Origin: Escherichia virus TH40
Sequence record: MT446411.1
Direction: 5' to 3' (one strand)
DNA length: 64,000 nucleotides
Below, piece after piece: positions 51,622 to 61,349 of the stretch. The notes under the pieces were generated by a model. It made no database searches, had not been told where the DNA came from, and saw only the letters and a program-made list of their open reading frames with translations. Positions within the stretch are counted from its first letter, which is position 1; every line of letters starts with the position of its first letter. The translations under genes were made by a program, and so were the position numbers.

Positions 51622-52259
51622 TGGAACAGAAACCAGAGTTACTAATTGAACACTGGGGTCAACCGGGCGAAATTAAAGATGGTGTACCGATGTTGGAATC
51701 TCATGACGGTTCCAGCAGCGGTTTAAAGCCAGGACTTTATATTGAAGGTATTTTCCTACAAGCTGAAGTTGTTAACCGTAATAAACGACTTTATCCTAAA
51801 CATATTTTGGAAAAAGCCGTTGCTGATTATATGACAGAACAGGTTGCTACTAAACAAGCTTTAGGAGAATTAAATCATCCGCCCCGTGCTAACGTCGACC
51901 CTATGCAAGCCGCTATTATTATTGAAGATATGTGGTGGAAAGGTAATGATGTATATGGCCGAGCGCGTATTATCGAAGGCGACCATGGCCCAGGTGATAA
52001 ACTTGCTGCAAATATAAGAGCAGGTTGGATTCCAGGTGTATCTAGTCGTGGACTTGGTTCCTTGACTAAATCAGCAAAAGGTTATAGCATCGTTAATGAA
52101 GGTTTTAAATTGACGGTTGGAGTAGATGCAGTATGGGGGCCAAGTGCTCCGGACGCTTGGGTCAAACCAAAGCAGATTACAGAATCACAAACGGCAGTTG
52201 CCGATACCAGTGCCGATGACGCCTTTATGGCTCTCGCAGAGGCTTTAAAGACGTTATAA
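51621..52259 (+). CDS. 21: prohead core protease gp21
   Basis: 212 aa, same as T4 gp21. Confidence 0.9.
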   Translation: MEQKPELLIEHWGQPGEIKDGVPMLESHDGSSSGLKPGLYIEGIFLQAEVVNRNKRLYPKHILEKAVADYMTEQVATKQALGELNHPPRANVDPMQAAIIIEDMWWKGNDVYGRARIIEGDHGPGDKLAANIRAGWIPGVSSRGLGSLTKSAKGYSIVNEGFKLTVGVDAVWGPSAPDAWVKPKQITESQTAVADTSADDAFMALAEALKTL

Positions 52260-52262
52260 ATA
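52255..52262 (+). promoter_or_regulatory. T4-type late promoter TATAAATA
   Basis: exact motif overlapping gene 21 stop, upstream of gene 22. Confidence 0.6.
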
Positions 52263-52291
52263 AATGTATATCTTAACAACAGGACTACAAA

Positions 52292-53110
52292 ATGCTTAAA
52301 GAACAACTCATTTCTGAAGCTCAGAATATCGATGCTTCCGTTGCTCTCGATAGTATTTTCGAATCAGTTAATTTGTCCCCGGAAGCGAAAGCTACCTTCG
52401 GCACTGTATTCGAAGCTACCGTCAAGCAACACGCCATCAAACTGGCAGAATCTCACATTCACGCCATCGCTGAAAAAGCTGAAGAAGAAGTCGAAAAGAA
52501 TAAAGAAGAAGCCGACGAAAAAGCAGAGAAAAAACTGAAAGAATCTGCAGCTAAATTCCTGGACCACGTTGCTAAAGAATGGCTCGCTGAAAATAAACTG
52601 GCTGTCGACCGTGGCATTAAAGCTGACCTGTTCGAATCCATGTTCACCGGCATGAAAGAACTGTTCGTTGAGCACAACGTTGTTGTTCCAGAAGAATCTG
52701 TCGATGTTGTTGCAGAAATGCAGGAAGAACTGGCTGAACAGAAAGAAGAAACCGCTAATCTGTTCGAAGAAGTTGCTAAGCGTGATGCTTATATCAATTA
52801 TGTCCAACGTGAAGTTGCGTTGACTGAAGCGACTAAAGACCTGACTGAATCTCAAAAAGAAAAAGTTGGTTCTCTGGTAGAAGGCATGGAATACTCTGAT
52901 GCATTCGGTACCAAAATTGGCGTTATCGTTGAAATGGTTAAAGGTCAGGTAGAACCCACCGACAAACCAATCACCGAAGCCGCTATAAATAAAAATGTAG
53001 ACGATGCTGCGGCACTGAATTACATTTCAGAAGCAGTTGAAGAAAAAGGCGCCAAGCCTACCCTGTCCTTCGCGGACTTGTCTGCTCTCGCAGCATCACG
53101 AATTTCTTAA
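52292..53110 (+). CDS. 22: prohead core scaffold protein gp22
   Basis: 272 aa, acidic coiled-coil. Confidence 0.88.
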   Translation: MLKEQLISEAQNIDASVALDSIFESVNLSPEAKATFGTVFEATVKQHAIKLAESHIHAIAEKAEEEVEKNKEEADEKAEKKLKESAAKFLDHVAKEWLAENKLAVDRGIKADLFESMFTGMKELFVEHNVVVPEESVDVVAEMQEELAEQKEETANLFEEVAKRDAYINYVQREVALTEATKDLTESQKEKVGSLVEGMEYSDAFGTKIGVIVEMVKGQVEPTDKPITEAAINKNVDDAAALNYISEAVEEKGAKPTLSFADLSALAASRIS

Positions 53111-53131
53111 TTTAATAAGGTTATACAACAC

Positions 53132-54691
53132 ATGAAAAAGAATGCATTAGTTCAAAAATGGTCCGCTCTGCTGGAAAACGAAGCTCTTCCGGAAATCGTT
53201 GGTGCTTCTAAACAAGCTATCATCGCTAAAATCTTTGAAAACCAGGAACAAGATATTCTGACCGCTCCTGAATACCGTGACGAAAAAATCTCCGAAGCAT
53301 TTGGTTCTTTCCTGACCGAAGCTGAAATCGGTGGTGACCATGGTTATGATGCTACCAATATCGCTGCTGGCCAGACCTCTGGTGCAGTAACTCAGATTGG
53401 GCCGGCAGTTATGGGTATGGTTCGTCGTGCTATCCCGCATCTGATTGCGTTTGATATTTGTGGCGTACAGCCTCTGAACAACCCGACTGGCCAGGTATTT
53501 GCCCTGCGTGCAGTTTACGGTAAAGACCCTGTAGCTGCTGGTGCTAAAGAAGCTTTCCACCCGATGTATGCTCCAAATGCTATGTTCTCTGGTCAGGGCG
53601 CTGCTGAGGCTTTCGAAGCTCTGGCTGCAAGCAAAGTTCTTACCGTTGGTAAAATTTATTCTCACTTCTTCGAAGCAACCGGTGCCGCGCACTTCCAGGC
53701 TGTTGAAGCTGTAACCGTTGATGCTGCTGCTACTGATGCCGCTAAACTTGACGCCGAAGTTACCAAACTGCTCGAAGCTGGTAAGCTGGCCGAAATCGCT
53801 GAAGGTATGGCTACCTCTATCGCCGAATTGCAGGAAGGCTTCAACGGTTCTACTGATAACCCGTGGAACGAAATGGGCTTCCGTATCGATAAACAAGTTA
53901 TCGAAGCTAAATCCCGTCAGCTGAAAGCAAGTTACTCCATCGAACTGGCACAGGACCTGCGCGCTGTTCATGGTATGGATGCTGATGCCGAATTGAGTGG
54001 TATTCTGGCTACCGAAATTATGCTGGAAATCAACCGCGAAGTTATCGATTGGATTAACTACTCCGCACAGGTTGGTAAATCTGGTATGACCAACACCGTT
54101 GGCGCTAAAGCTGGTGTGTTTGACTTCCAGGACCCGATTGATATCCGTGGCGCTCGTTGGGCTGGTGAAAGCTTCAAAGCTTTACTGTTCCAGATTGATA
54201 AAGAAGCCGCTGAAATCGCTCGTCAGACTGGCCGTGGTGCAGGTAACTTCATCATCGCTTCCCGTAACGTAGTTAACGTACTGGCTGCAGTTGATACCTC
54301 CGTATCTTATGCTGCTCAGGGTCTGGGTAAAGGTTTCAACGTTGACACCACTAAAGCTGTGTTCGCTGGTGTTCTGGGTGGCAAATACCGTGTATACATC
54401 GACCAGTATGCTCGTGCAGACTATTTCACCATCGGTTACAAAGGCGCTAACGAAATGGATGCTGGTATCTACTACGCACCATATGTTGCACTGACCCCGC
54501 TGCGTGGCTCTGACCCGAAAAACTTCCAGCCGGTTATGGGCTTCAAAACCCGTTACGGTATCGGTATTAACCCGTTCGCTGACCCGGTAGCTCAGGCTCC
54601 AACCAAGCGCATTCAGAACGGCATGCCGGACATCGTTAACAGCCTCGGCTTGAACGGTTACTTCCGCCGCGTATATGTTAAAGGAATTTAA
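53132..54691 (+). CDS. 23: major capsid protein gp23
   Basis: 519 aa (T4 gp23 521 aa). Confidence 0.95.
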   Translation: MKKNALVQKWSALLENEALPEIVGASKQAIIAKIFENQEQDILTAPEYRDEKISEAFGSFLTEAEIGGDHGYDATNIAAGQTSGAVTQIGPAVMGMVRRAIPHLIAFDICGVQPLNNPTGQVFALRAVYGKDPVAAGAKEAFHPMYAPNAMFSGQGAAEAFEALAASKVLTVGKIYSHFFEATGAAHFQAVEAVTVDAAATDAAKLDAEVTKLLEAGKLAEIAEGMATSIAELQEGFNGSTDNPWNEMGFRIDKQVIEAKSRQLKASYSIELAQDLRAVHGMDADAELSGILATEIMLEINREVIDWINYSAQVGKSGMTNTVGAKAGVFDFQDPIDIRGARWAGESFKALLFQIDKEAAEIARQTGRGAGNFIIASRNVVNVLAAVDTSVSYAAQGLGKGFNVDTTKAVFAGVLGGKYRVYIDQYARADYFTIGYKGANEMDAGIYYAPYVALTPLRGSDPKNFQPVMGFKTRYGIGINPFADPVAQAPTKRIQNGMPDIVNSLGLNGYFRRVYVKGI

Positions 54692-54714
54692 TCCTAGATT
54701 AAGTTAAATAAAAA

Positions 54715-54741
54715 GGGACCCTTGAGGTCCCTTTCTTGTTT
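54715..54741. terminator. bidirectional intrinsic terminator
   Basis: gggacc-cttga-ggtccc then tttcttgtttt on plus strand; lies between convergent gene 23 (+) and ORF 54742..55023 (-). Confidence 0.65.
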
Positions 54742-55023
54742 TCATACCATACCATTTAAATGAACTTCTACCCGGCGCTTGATGAGGTCTCTGAAGTTAA
54801 CATTGTTTTCTTGAAGTTTCAACCAGTTACCATTTTTATCTTTAGTGTGAGTAGAATAATTACCATTCCACCAGAAATCAGTGTCATATGCTAAGTTTTC
54901 ATATTTTTTAACTAGTTTGTTCAGAGCATTACCATTAACACCATTTGGGTATTTGTTGACCAATGCAATAACTTCAATTTCCAATTTTTTAAAGGTGTTC
55001 AGAAGGAAAGTTGCTTTGTTCAT
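54742..55023 (-). CDS. hypothetical protein (accessory gene between 23 and 24)
   Basis: 93-aa ORF on opposite strand with its own early-type promoter and GGAG SD. Confidence 0.55.
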   Translation of the reverse strand: MNKATFLLNTFKKLEIEVIALVNKYPNGVNGNALNKLVKKYENLAYDTDFWWNGNYSTHTKDKNGNWLKLQENNVNFRDLIKRRVEVHLNGMV

Positions 55024-55090
55024 TTTTAAACTCCAGGTTTTGTTTGTTAACTCAGTATGGAATCATTATGTCTTATCTTAATCTGGTTGT
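55024..55090 (-). promoter_or_regulatory. early promoter cassette
   Basis: minus-strand GTTTACaaccagattaagataagaCATAATgattccatactgagttaacaaacaaaacctGGAGtttaaaaATG. Confidence 0.45.
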
Positions 55091-55100
55091 AAACAACTTT

Positions 55101-55108
55101 TATAAATA
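55101..55108 (+). promoter_or_regulatory. T4-type late promoter TATAAATA
   Basis: exact motif upstream of first gene 24 copy. Confidence 0.6.
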
Positions 55109-55134
55109 AAGTATATCACAAAAGGAAAGCGCAA

Positions 55135-56415
55135 ATGGCAAAGATTAACAAATTACTGCGCGAGTCAACTATTACTACCAGCAACTCCTTGGGCCGCCCG
55201 AATCTTGTTGCTTTGACCCGCGCTACGACTAAATTGATTTACCGCGATATCATCGCTGAACAACGTACTAACCAACCTGTTGCTGCACTGTATGGTGTTA
55301 AATATCTTACTCCTGATAATGAATTCAGTTTCCAGACGGGCGCTACTTATGGAGGCGAAGTCGGTTCTAAAGACCGCACAACTATTCCAGAATTAACTAC
55401 AGCCACTCAGCCTGTGGCTAAAGGCGAATATGTAAAATACCAAAATATCGTTTACAAAGCTCTGGTTGATAATCCATTTGCATCGACCACAGAAACAGTG
55501 TTATCTGATGTTCTGCAAGAAGGTCTTATTGCATCGACTATTCGCCTTGTTCCTGATGCCGCACACACTGAAAAATTCGAAGCCGGTGATGTTGAAATTA
55601 GCAATGCTGTATTCCAGGTTAATAAATGGAATGCTCCGGTTAAAACACGTAAATTGAAAACTGCATTAACTGTTGAACTTGCTCAGGATATGGAAGCAAA
55701 TGGTTTTAACGCTCCTGCTTTCTTGGAAGACCTGCTTGCCACTATTATGGCAGATGAAATTAACAAAGATGTTCTTCAGTCTCTTATTACCGTTTCCAAG
55801 CGTTATAAAGTAACTGGCGTTTCTGACAATGGCACCATCGATTTAACATATGATGCAGCTCCAGAAGGCGCACGTAAACTGTATGAACTGGTTTGCGAAA
55901 TGAACTCCGAAATTCAGAAAACTACATCTTATTCCGGTACCTTTGTTGTTGCCTCTAGCCGTGTTGCTGCTATGTTGGCCGGTTCTGGTTGGTTGAAACA
56001 CAGACCAGAAGACGAACAGTGGCTCCCCGAAACAGCGTACGGTTATTTGATTAATGGCCTCCCTGTATTCTGTGATGTTAACAGTCCATTGGATTATGTA
56101 ACTGTTGGTGTTAAAGAAAATTACGGCGGAAACGAAGTCGTAGGCTCAATTTTCTATGCTCCTTATACCGAAGGCCTGGACTTGGATGATGAAGAGCACG
56201 TTGGTGCGTTTAAGGTCATTGTGGACCCAGACAGCTTGCAGCCATCTATCTCTCTGATGGTTCGTTACGCACTTTCAGCTAACCCGTACACCGTTGCTAA
56301 AGACGATAAAGAAGCTCGTATTATCGATGCAACCAATATGGATTTAATGGCCGGTCAGAGCAATATGTCTTATCTGCTCGGTGTTAAACTTCCGCCAATC
56401 ATTTATGAGGCGTAA
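55135..56415 (+). CDS. 24: capsid vertex protein gp24
   Basis: 426 aa; MAKINKLLRESTITTSNSLGRPNLVALTRATTKLIY close to T4 gp24. Confidence 0.92.
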   Translation: MAKINKLLRESTITTSNSLGRPNLVALTRATTKLIYRDIIAEQRTNQPVAALYGVKYLTPDNEFSFQTGATYGGEVGSKDRTTIPELTTATQPVAKGEYVKYQNIVYKALVDNPFASTTETVLSDVLQEGLIASTIRLVPDAAHTEKFEAGDVEISNAVFQVNKWNAPVKTRKLKTALTVELAQDMEANGFNAPAFLEDLLATIMADEINKDVLQSLITVSKRYKVTGVSDNGTIDLTYDAAPEGARKLYELVCEMNSEIQKTTSYSGTFVVASSRVAAMLAGSGWLKHRPEDEQWLPETAYGYLINGLPVFCDVNSPLDYVTVGVKENYGGNEVVGSIFYAPYTEGLDLDDEEHVGAFKVIVDPDSLQPSISLMVRYALSANPYTVAKDDKEARIIDATNMDLMAGQSNMSYLLGVKLPPIIYEA

Positions 56416-57699
56416 ATGCAAAAGATTAATGCACTAATTCACGAATCAACATTAACGGCGGCCAACCAGGTCGCCCGTCCTAATTTGCTTTCTTATACTC
56501 AGGCTACGAATAAACGAATTTTTAAAGCACTCGTGGCCGAACAGAAAACTACCCAGCCTGTTGCAGCCCTGTATGGTGTTCGTGTTCTGAACCCAGATGA
56601 TAAAATGACTTATCTCGGTGGAGCAACATTTGCAGGTCAGATTGGTATGTTCGAGCGTAAGAATATTCCAGAATTTACAAACAAAGACGAAGCTTATGCA
56701 GTCGGCGATATGTTCCAGTTTGAAAGTGTTGTGTTCAAAGTTTTGGAAGCATCCCCATTCGCCGGTACACTCGAAACTGATTTAGGTGAAGTTATTTCTG
56801 AAGCCATTGCTGCTGGGCATATAAGAATGATGTCAGATGCTGCTTTCACTGATAAATTTGAAAAGGGGCATCCTGAAATTGCTGAAGCTGGTTTTCGTAT
56901 CGATAAATGGCAGACTGAAGTTAAATCCAGAAAGTTGAAAACTTCTTTAACTGTCGAGCTTGCCCAGGACCTGGAAGCAAACGGTTTTGATGCAACAGAC
57001 TTCATCGATAATATTCTCGGCATTCAAATGGCAGAGGAAATTAATAAGGATGTATTGCAATCCCTTATTACTGTTAGTTCCCGCTTCAAGGTGCAAGGTG
57101 TTTCGGAAAAAGGTGTATTGAATCTTACTGACCCGAAATATGATAATGCCCAGGACCGCGCACGAACCCTGTATTATTATATGTGTGAAATGAATTCTGC
57201 AGTTCAACGTCAGACTTCGTTTGCTGGTACATATGCAGTTGCTTCTTCCCGTTGTGCAGCTATTTTAGCCGCTTCTGGCTGGGTTGAGAAAAAGGAAGAC
57301 CAGGATGAATTGGCCTATGGTGTTCTGAAGAACGGTTTGCCTCTTTACGCTGATATGAATAGTCCATGCGATTATGTTATTGTTGGTGTAAATGCGGATA
57401 TGGGTGAAGGTCAGACGGTCGCATCTTTATATTATGCGCCTTATACGGAAGGACTTAGCGAAGTTGATGATGAGGGTGATACCTCGGTTGGGGAATTCAA
57501 GGTTATTGTTGACCCCGAAAGCTTACAACCTACGGTTGCACTGTTAGCTCGTTATGCTTTGACTGCGAACCCTTACACCGTTGCTAAAGATGATAAAGAA
57601 GCTCGCCTTATTGATGGAGCTGATATGGATAAGATGGCTAACCAAAGTCAATTGAGTTCTTATCTTGGTGTTAAACTTCCACCGCTGGAAAAAGAATAA
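56416..57699 (+). CDS. capsid vertex protein gp24 paralog (second tandem copy)
   Basis: 427 aa; MQKINALIHESTLTAANQVARPNLLSYTQATNKRIF... collinear with upstream gp24 but diverged. Confidence 0.85.
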   Translation: MQKINALIHESTLTAANQVARPNLLSYTQATNKRIFKALVAEQKTTQPVAALYGVRVLNPDDKMTYLGGATFAGQIGMFERKNIPEFTNKDEAYAVGDMFQFESVVFKVLEASPFAGTLETDLGEVISEAIAAGHIRMMSDAAFTDKFEKGHPEIAEAGFRIDKWQTEVKSRKLKTSLTVELAQDLEANGFDATDFIDNILGIQMAEEINKDVLQSLITVSSRFKVQGVSEKGVLNLTDPKYDNAQDRARTLYYYMCEMNSAVQRQTSFAGTYAVASSRCAAILAASGWVEKKEDQDELAYGVLKNGLPLYADMNSPCDYVIVGVNADMGEGQTVASLYYAPYTEGLSEVDDEGDTSVGEFKVIVDPESLQPTVALLARYALTANPYTVAKDDKEARLIDGADMDKMANQSQLSSYLGVKLPPLEKE

Positions 57700-57719
57700 G
57701 GGCCTTGCGGCCCTTTTTT
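57700..57719. terminator. bidirectional intrinsic terminator
   Basis: gggcc-ttgc-ggccc with flanking T/A runs, between convergent gp24 paralog and rnlB. Confidence 0.65.
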
Positions 57720-58725
57720 ATTCACTAATTAATGCAATCCATACATGTCTTAATGTTTCTTTTACATTTGCGATAAGTTGCTTTTTAACTTCAACAGGAT
57801 TTTCTGTCTGGGTTAATTCAAGTCCTTCACGACCCGCTTCTTCCAGGATATCCTGGACAGTCAAACCCATTACCTTTCCAAAATCCTTAGGTGTTACTTC
57901 CCCAATCTTACTGATAACATTATTGATACGGTTGACAGTCACATAATCAGTAAACTTCCATAAAACATCCAGGTCTTCCTGTGACAACACAACTGCAGCT
58001 TTAATAGGCTTATCAGACTTTTTCTTTTCACTGAATTTAGAGTTCTTGCATTTAATCGCTACGCGCTCACCGTTAGGTAACCATGCAGGAACATCAGGTT
58101 TTAATACAAATCCTTCAGCAGTGAATACTTTACCTTCCACCTTTGCATCAAAATCAGTGGTATTTGCTGTAGTCAATCCTGCGTTATCCACTGTAAAATT
58201 GTAATCAGGGACCACAGAATCCAGGTCATTAGGGAGCTTAATCAAGTCTTCAAAGCTACCTGTGGCCAGGCGTGGGGCAACTTTAAACTTATGAATAATA
58301 CAAAAGGCTTCCATAAGTGTGTCAGTCAGGACGGATTCAGAGCCATCTTCCTTAGTAACGCGGATATCAAACACATAGAAATCTTTATCGCCGTAATCCA
58401 CATTCTTCTGAATACCTGTACCAGCAAACTCGCCATAAATCTGGTAAGCCTGGTAATTAATATCCTGCAAAAGTTTCTGCACAGATTTAATAGAATCTGT
58501 GTAGTTCTTTAATACAATTTCATAACCATAGAAATCTTCTGCAGGTAGAATAGGTCCAGTGCGTTTCGCGCATGTCACATTGTCTTGTTCAATGATTAAT
58601 GAAAAGTTGGTACCATGAATTTTCTCACGAGCTACCCATTCACCGCTGGTGAAGCCTTGCAGGCGAATCTTTTCAATGAACTTGTTATTATAGTGATTTT
58701 CAAGGCTGTTGTATTTCTTAAACAT
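57718..58725 (-). CDS. rnlB: RNA ligase 2
   Basis: 335 aa; [19 protein letters not shown]...[12 protein letters not shown] (KxHG adenylation motif) matches T4 Rnl2. Confidence 0.92.
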   Translation of the reverse strand: MFKKYNSLENHYNNKFIEKIRLQGFTSGEWVAREKIHGTNFSLIIEQDNVTCAKRTGPILPAEDFYGYEIVLKNYTDSIKSVQKLLQDINYQAYQIYGEFAGTGIQKNVDYGDKDFYVFDIRVTKEDGSESVLTDTLMEAFCIIHKFKVAPRLATGSFEDLIKLPNDLDSVVPDYNFTVDNAGLTTANTTDFDAKVEGKVFTAEGFVLKPDVPAWLPNGERVAIKCKNSKFSEKKKSDKPIKAAVVLSQEDLDVLWKFTDYVTVNRINNVISKIGEVTPKDFGKVMGLTVQDILEEAGREGLELTQTENPVEVKKQLIANVKETLRHVWIALISE

Positions 58726-58855
58726 AATCTCTCACTTTTGATGTTATAAATATCATTATAAATTAGACCCGCTATACTTTCTTTCTCTGAAAGGAATTAA
58801 TAGTCACAAAGGGTCTAGAACCATTATACCGCATTTTTATTTGAAGCAAAAAGGG

Positions 58856-59119
58856 TCAGAATTTTACATACAGCATTGGCTTGGATTCTTGCCAATCATA
58901 ATTCCAGGTAAAAGATGTAAATTTTTCTGCTCGCAGAAATTCAGATATCTTTGCGCGGTTTCCTTCTTCATACTCTTTTTCAGAAACTGCCATATTAACA
59001 GCATCTTTGCCGTTCTCGGCGGCGGCAATAGCCACTTTGCGAAATATAGAAATAAAGTCATTTGCAACTTTATCTTGTGACTCTTTGTCTATTTGGCGTA
59101 GTTCTTCTGCGAATGTCAT
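58856..59119 (-). CDS. hypothetical protein (gene 24.2 position)
   Basis: 87-aa ORF. Confidence 0.5.
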   Translation of the reverse strand: MTFAEELRQIDKESQDKVANDFISIFRKVAIAAAENGKDAVNMAVSEKEYEEGNRAKISEFLRAEKFTSFTWNYDWQESKPMLYVKF

Positions 59120-59319
59120 TTCTTCACCTTTTTGTTATTCAAACGTTTACGATAAACAATCTTTTCTTTCGCTTTAAATTTAGCTTTGGCTTGTTCTACA
59201 TCAACCCAGGCCTTTGCCATCTCTTTAGCAGTCCCGCCTAATACCTTGGCGATTTCAATAAATGTCATGCCAGATTCATGCAGAAAATGTACTTTAACCT
59301 TATCCATAATGATTCTCAT
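59116..59319 (-). CDS. hypothetical protein (gene 24.3 position; start 59319 or 59307)
   Basis: 67-aa ORF; -35 GTTTAC / -10 TAAGAT-like promoter upstream. Confidence 0.45.
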   Translation of the reverse strand: MRIIMDKVKVHFLHESGMTFIEIAKVLGGTAKEMAKAWVDVEQAKAKFKAKEKIVYRKRLNNKKVKK

Positions 59320-59464
59320 GTTGAGTTAGTGAAGCTATCTTAACATGGAATTTTTAACTTGTAAACATGATTTTTATGCCAGATGAACAATTGTTATGGT
59401 ATGACCACAAGGACTTACCGGAGAAGGGGCCCAGGCAATGTTTGCTCAGTACCATAAAAATAAA

Positions 59465-59484
59465 GGGACCGAAGGTCCCTTTTT
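59465..59484. terminator. bidirectional intrinsic terminator downstream of hoc
   Basis: gggacc-gaa-ggtccc with T-runs on both strands. Confidence 0.65.
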
Positions 59485-59486
59485 AA

Positions 59487-60620
59487 TTAATAAACGTAAT
59501 CGTATATAATACCAGTTTCTAAAGCGGTGCGATGAATAACTCGACCATTACGAGATTCTTGTACATCAACCTCTGGATAGTCGGTAATCATTTTTTGAAG
59601 TGTGTATCGGTGCAAATAATACGGGCTATCCGGGTCATCAGTTTTCCAGTCTTGGCCGGCAAGAGTCATTTTCTGAATTTCATCCATAACCCACCAACCA
59701 CACCAGATATAAGCTGAATTACGTACTGGCAATGGGTGAATATATGGTAATTCGCCATCTGGAACTGGTGCGACTTTAGCCGTGACTGTTACATTACCAG
59801 TTTTGGTAACGGTTACAGGGTTATAATCTGTAGCAGATACAACAACAGAAACTTCAATTAACTGGGAACCTTCGGCGCTTGTATCGATTGCTAAAGTATC
59901 CGTGGTACCAGCGACTGGTGAACCATCTTTCTTCCAAGAATAGGCAAAAGTAGCACCGGCAGGCGCACCGGCTACAGTAGCTTTAAAAGAAGCCGGAGTT
60001 CCTGAAGGAACATTAATAGAGGTCGGTGCTAAAGTAACAGAAACACCCGACATAGTTTTCTTAACAAAAGTTACCGCAGCTCCTTTAGATGCGGTGCCAT
60101 TATTATAATCGGGTGCAGAAACAGTAACTTCACAGTTCAATGTATAATTTGCTTCTGCTGATTCGGTGACGGTAATAGTTTTACCAGTTTGACCTGCGAT
60201 TACGCTAGTGTTACGTTTCCAAACGTAAGCGATTGTTGCACCAGAAGGAGCGCCTGTCACGTTAGCAGTAACAACTTGAGATTGCCCCACTTCTTTAGTA
60301 ACAGAGGCAGGGTCTAAAGTCAATGTAATAGCAGGCATTGTTTTATTCTGGATAGTTAAAGTTGTCTCAGCCTCAGCAGTTTCCGGTTCACCGTCTGCCG
60401 GAGTGGTAGTTGCAACAACTTTAATAGTCTTACTGCCTGCTGGGCCAACAGCGACATAAGCCATTGCTGCAGTCACAGAAGATTGAGGAACGCCATCAAC
60501 GGTCCATACAAATGATTCAACACCTTCAGCTGCAGCACCAGAGCCGGTTGCAGTGAAATTGGTTGTTGCTCCAATAACGGCCGTAGCCGCCAAAGGAGCA
60601 ATAGCTACGGTATAAGCCAT
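59487..60620 (-). CDS. hoc: head outer capsid protein Hoc
   Basis: 377 aa; Ig-like repeats and C-terminal capsid-binding region ...YIHPLPVRNSAYIWCGWWVMDEIQKMT...YYLHRYTLQKM matching T4 Hoc. Confidence 0.9.
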   Translation of the reverse strand: MAYTVAIAPLAATAVIGATTNFTATGSGAAAEGVESFVWTVDGVPQSSVTAAMAYVAVGPAGSKTIKVVATTTPADGEPETAEAETTLTIQNKTMPAITLTLDPASVTKEVGQSQVVTANVTGAPSGATIAYVWKRNTSVIAGQTGKTITVTESAEANYTLNCEVTVSAPDYNNGTASKGAAVTFVKKTMSGVSVTLAPTSINVPSGTPASFKATVAGAPAGATFAYSWKKDGSPVAGTTDTLAIDTSAEGSQLIEVSVVVSATDYNPVTVTKTGNVTVTAKVAPVPDGELPYIHPLPVRNSAYIWCGWWVMDEIQKMTLAGQDWKTDDPDSPYYLHRYTLQKMITDYPEVDVQESRNGRVIHRTALETGIIYDYVY

Positions 60621-60629
60621 AATAAACCC

Positions 60630-61295
60630 TTATTTTAAAGTGACAAAAGATGAGTTACGAGTTTCTCGTACTAGAACAGACCCATTACGATTGATGTAAT
60701 AAATCAAACTGAATAGGGTTTGATGCGCGGTGGGATGTGGGAAAGCAGTTGGACGTTCTTTCCAATCCGGAGTCTCAGAAATCCACTGATAAATCCACCA
60801 TGGAACAGTACAGAATCCAGGGTTCTTGCCAATAAGCATAAGATTTGGACTAAAGTTTTTTGGTAGAGCAAATACAGGTTTTTCAGATTCGATAACCTTA
60901 GCAACAGCTGCTTCGAACTTTTCTTCGATAAAAGGAACATCTTCTTCGACCAAAACAACTGGTTCTTTGATTTCAACAACTTCAACCTTTGCTTCGGTTG
61001 GAGCATCAAATAAGAGTTTAGCTTCTTCTTTAGCTGACTCATCGCCATCAAATTTAGCACCTGACAATTCATCGTCAGCATCAATAAGGTCGGTGATGCT
61101 CAGGCCTTCATTATCATCAGGCATAGGCATGTCAGCAAATGCTTTAAGTCCTGCTTCCAGGTCAGCCAACATATTATCAAAGGTTTTTGTTTTCTTAACA
61201 TCAACGCCAAGTGATGCTGCATATTCGGCTAATTTTTCTTTGGCTTCTTTTTTCTCGAGGACACGAATTTCCTCAATGTAGTTCTTGTCAATCAT
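60630..61295 (-). CDS. inh: acidic protein in inh position (inhibitor of prohead protease-like)
   Basis: 221 aa, position between hoc and uvsW as T4 inh. Confidence 0.65.
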   Translation of the reverse strand: MIDKNYIEEIRVLEKKEAKEKLAEYAASLGVDVKKTKTFDNMLADLEAGLKAFADMPMPDDNEGLSITDLIDADDELSGAKFDGDESAKEEAKLLFDAPTEAKVEVVEIKEPVVLVEEDVPFIEEKFEAAVAKVIESEKPVFALPKNFSPNLMLIGKNPGFCTVPWWIYQWISETPDWKERPTAFPHPTAHQTLFSLIYYINRNGSVLVRETRNSSFVTLK

Positions 61296-61313
61296 GATGA
61301 ACCTCGGTTAGTG

Positions 61314-61321
61314 TATAAATA
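61314..61321 (+). promoter_or_regulatory. T4-type late promoter TATAAATA
   Basis: exact motif 29 nt upstream of uvsW ATG. Confidence 0.6.
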
Positions 61322-61349
61322 TAGATATATTTATTACCTTGGAATCATC

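Noticed and set aside
52364-52855. 163-aa minus-strand ORF with Phe-rich repeats
   Set aside because: Antisense to the Glu/Lys-rich scaffold gene 22; its composition is just the complement of GAA/AAA codons.
53147-53971. 274-aa minus-strand ORF
   Set aside because: Antisense to major capsid gene 23; no start context.
58748-58755. TATAAATA on plus strand between rnlB and the 24.2-position ORF, with plus-strand ORF 58841..59080
   Set aside because: The plus ORF overlaps a more protein-like minus-strand ORF and has a Cys/Phe-rich low-complexity translation; motif probably fortuitous in AT-rich DNA.
61311-61349. Upstream extension of uvsW
   Set aside because: The extension overlaps the TATAAATA late promoter; conserved UvsW N-terminus MDIK... 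starts at 61350.
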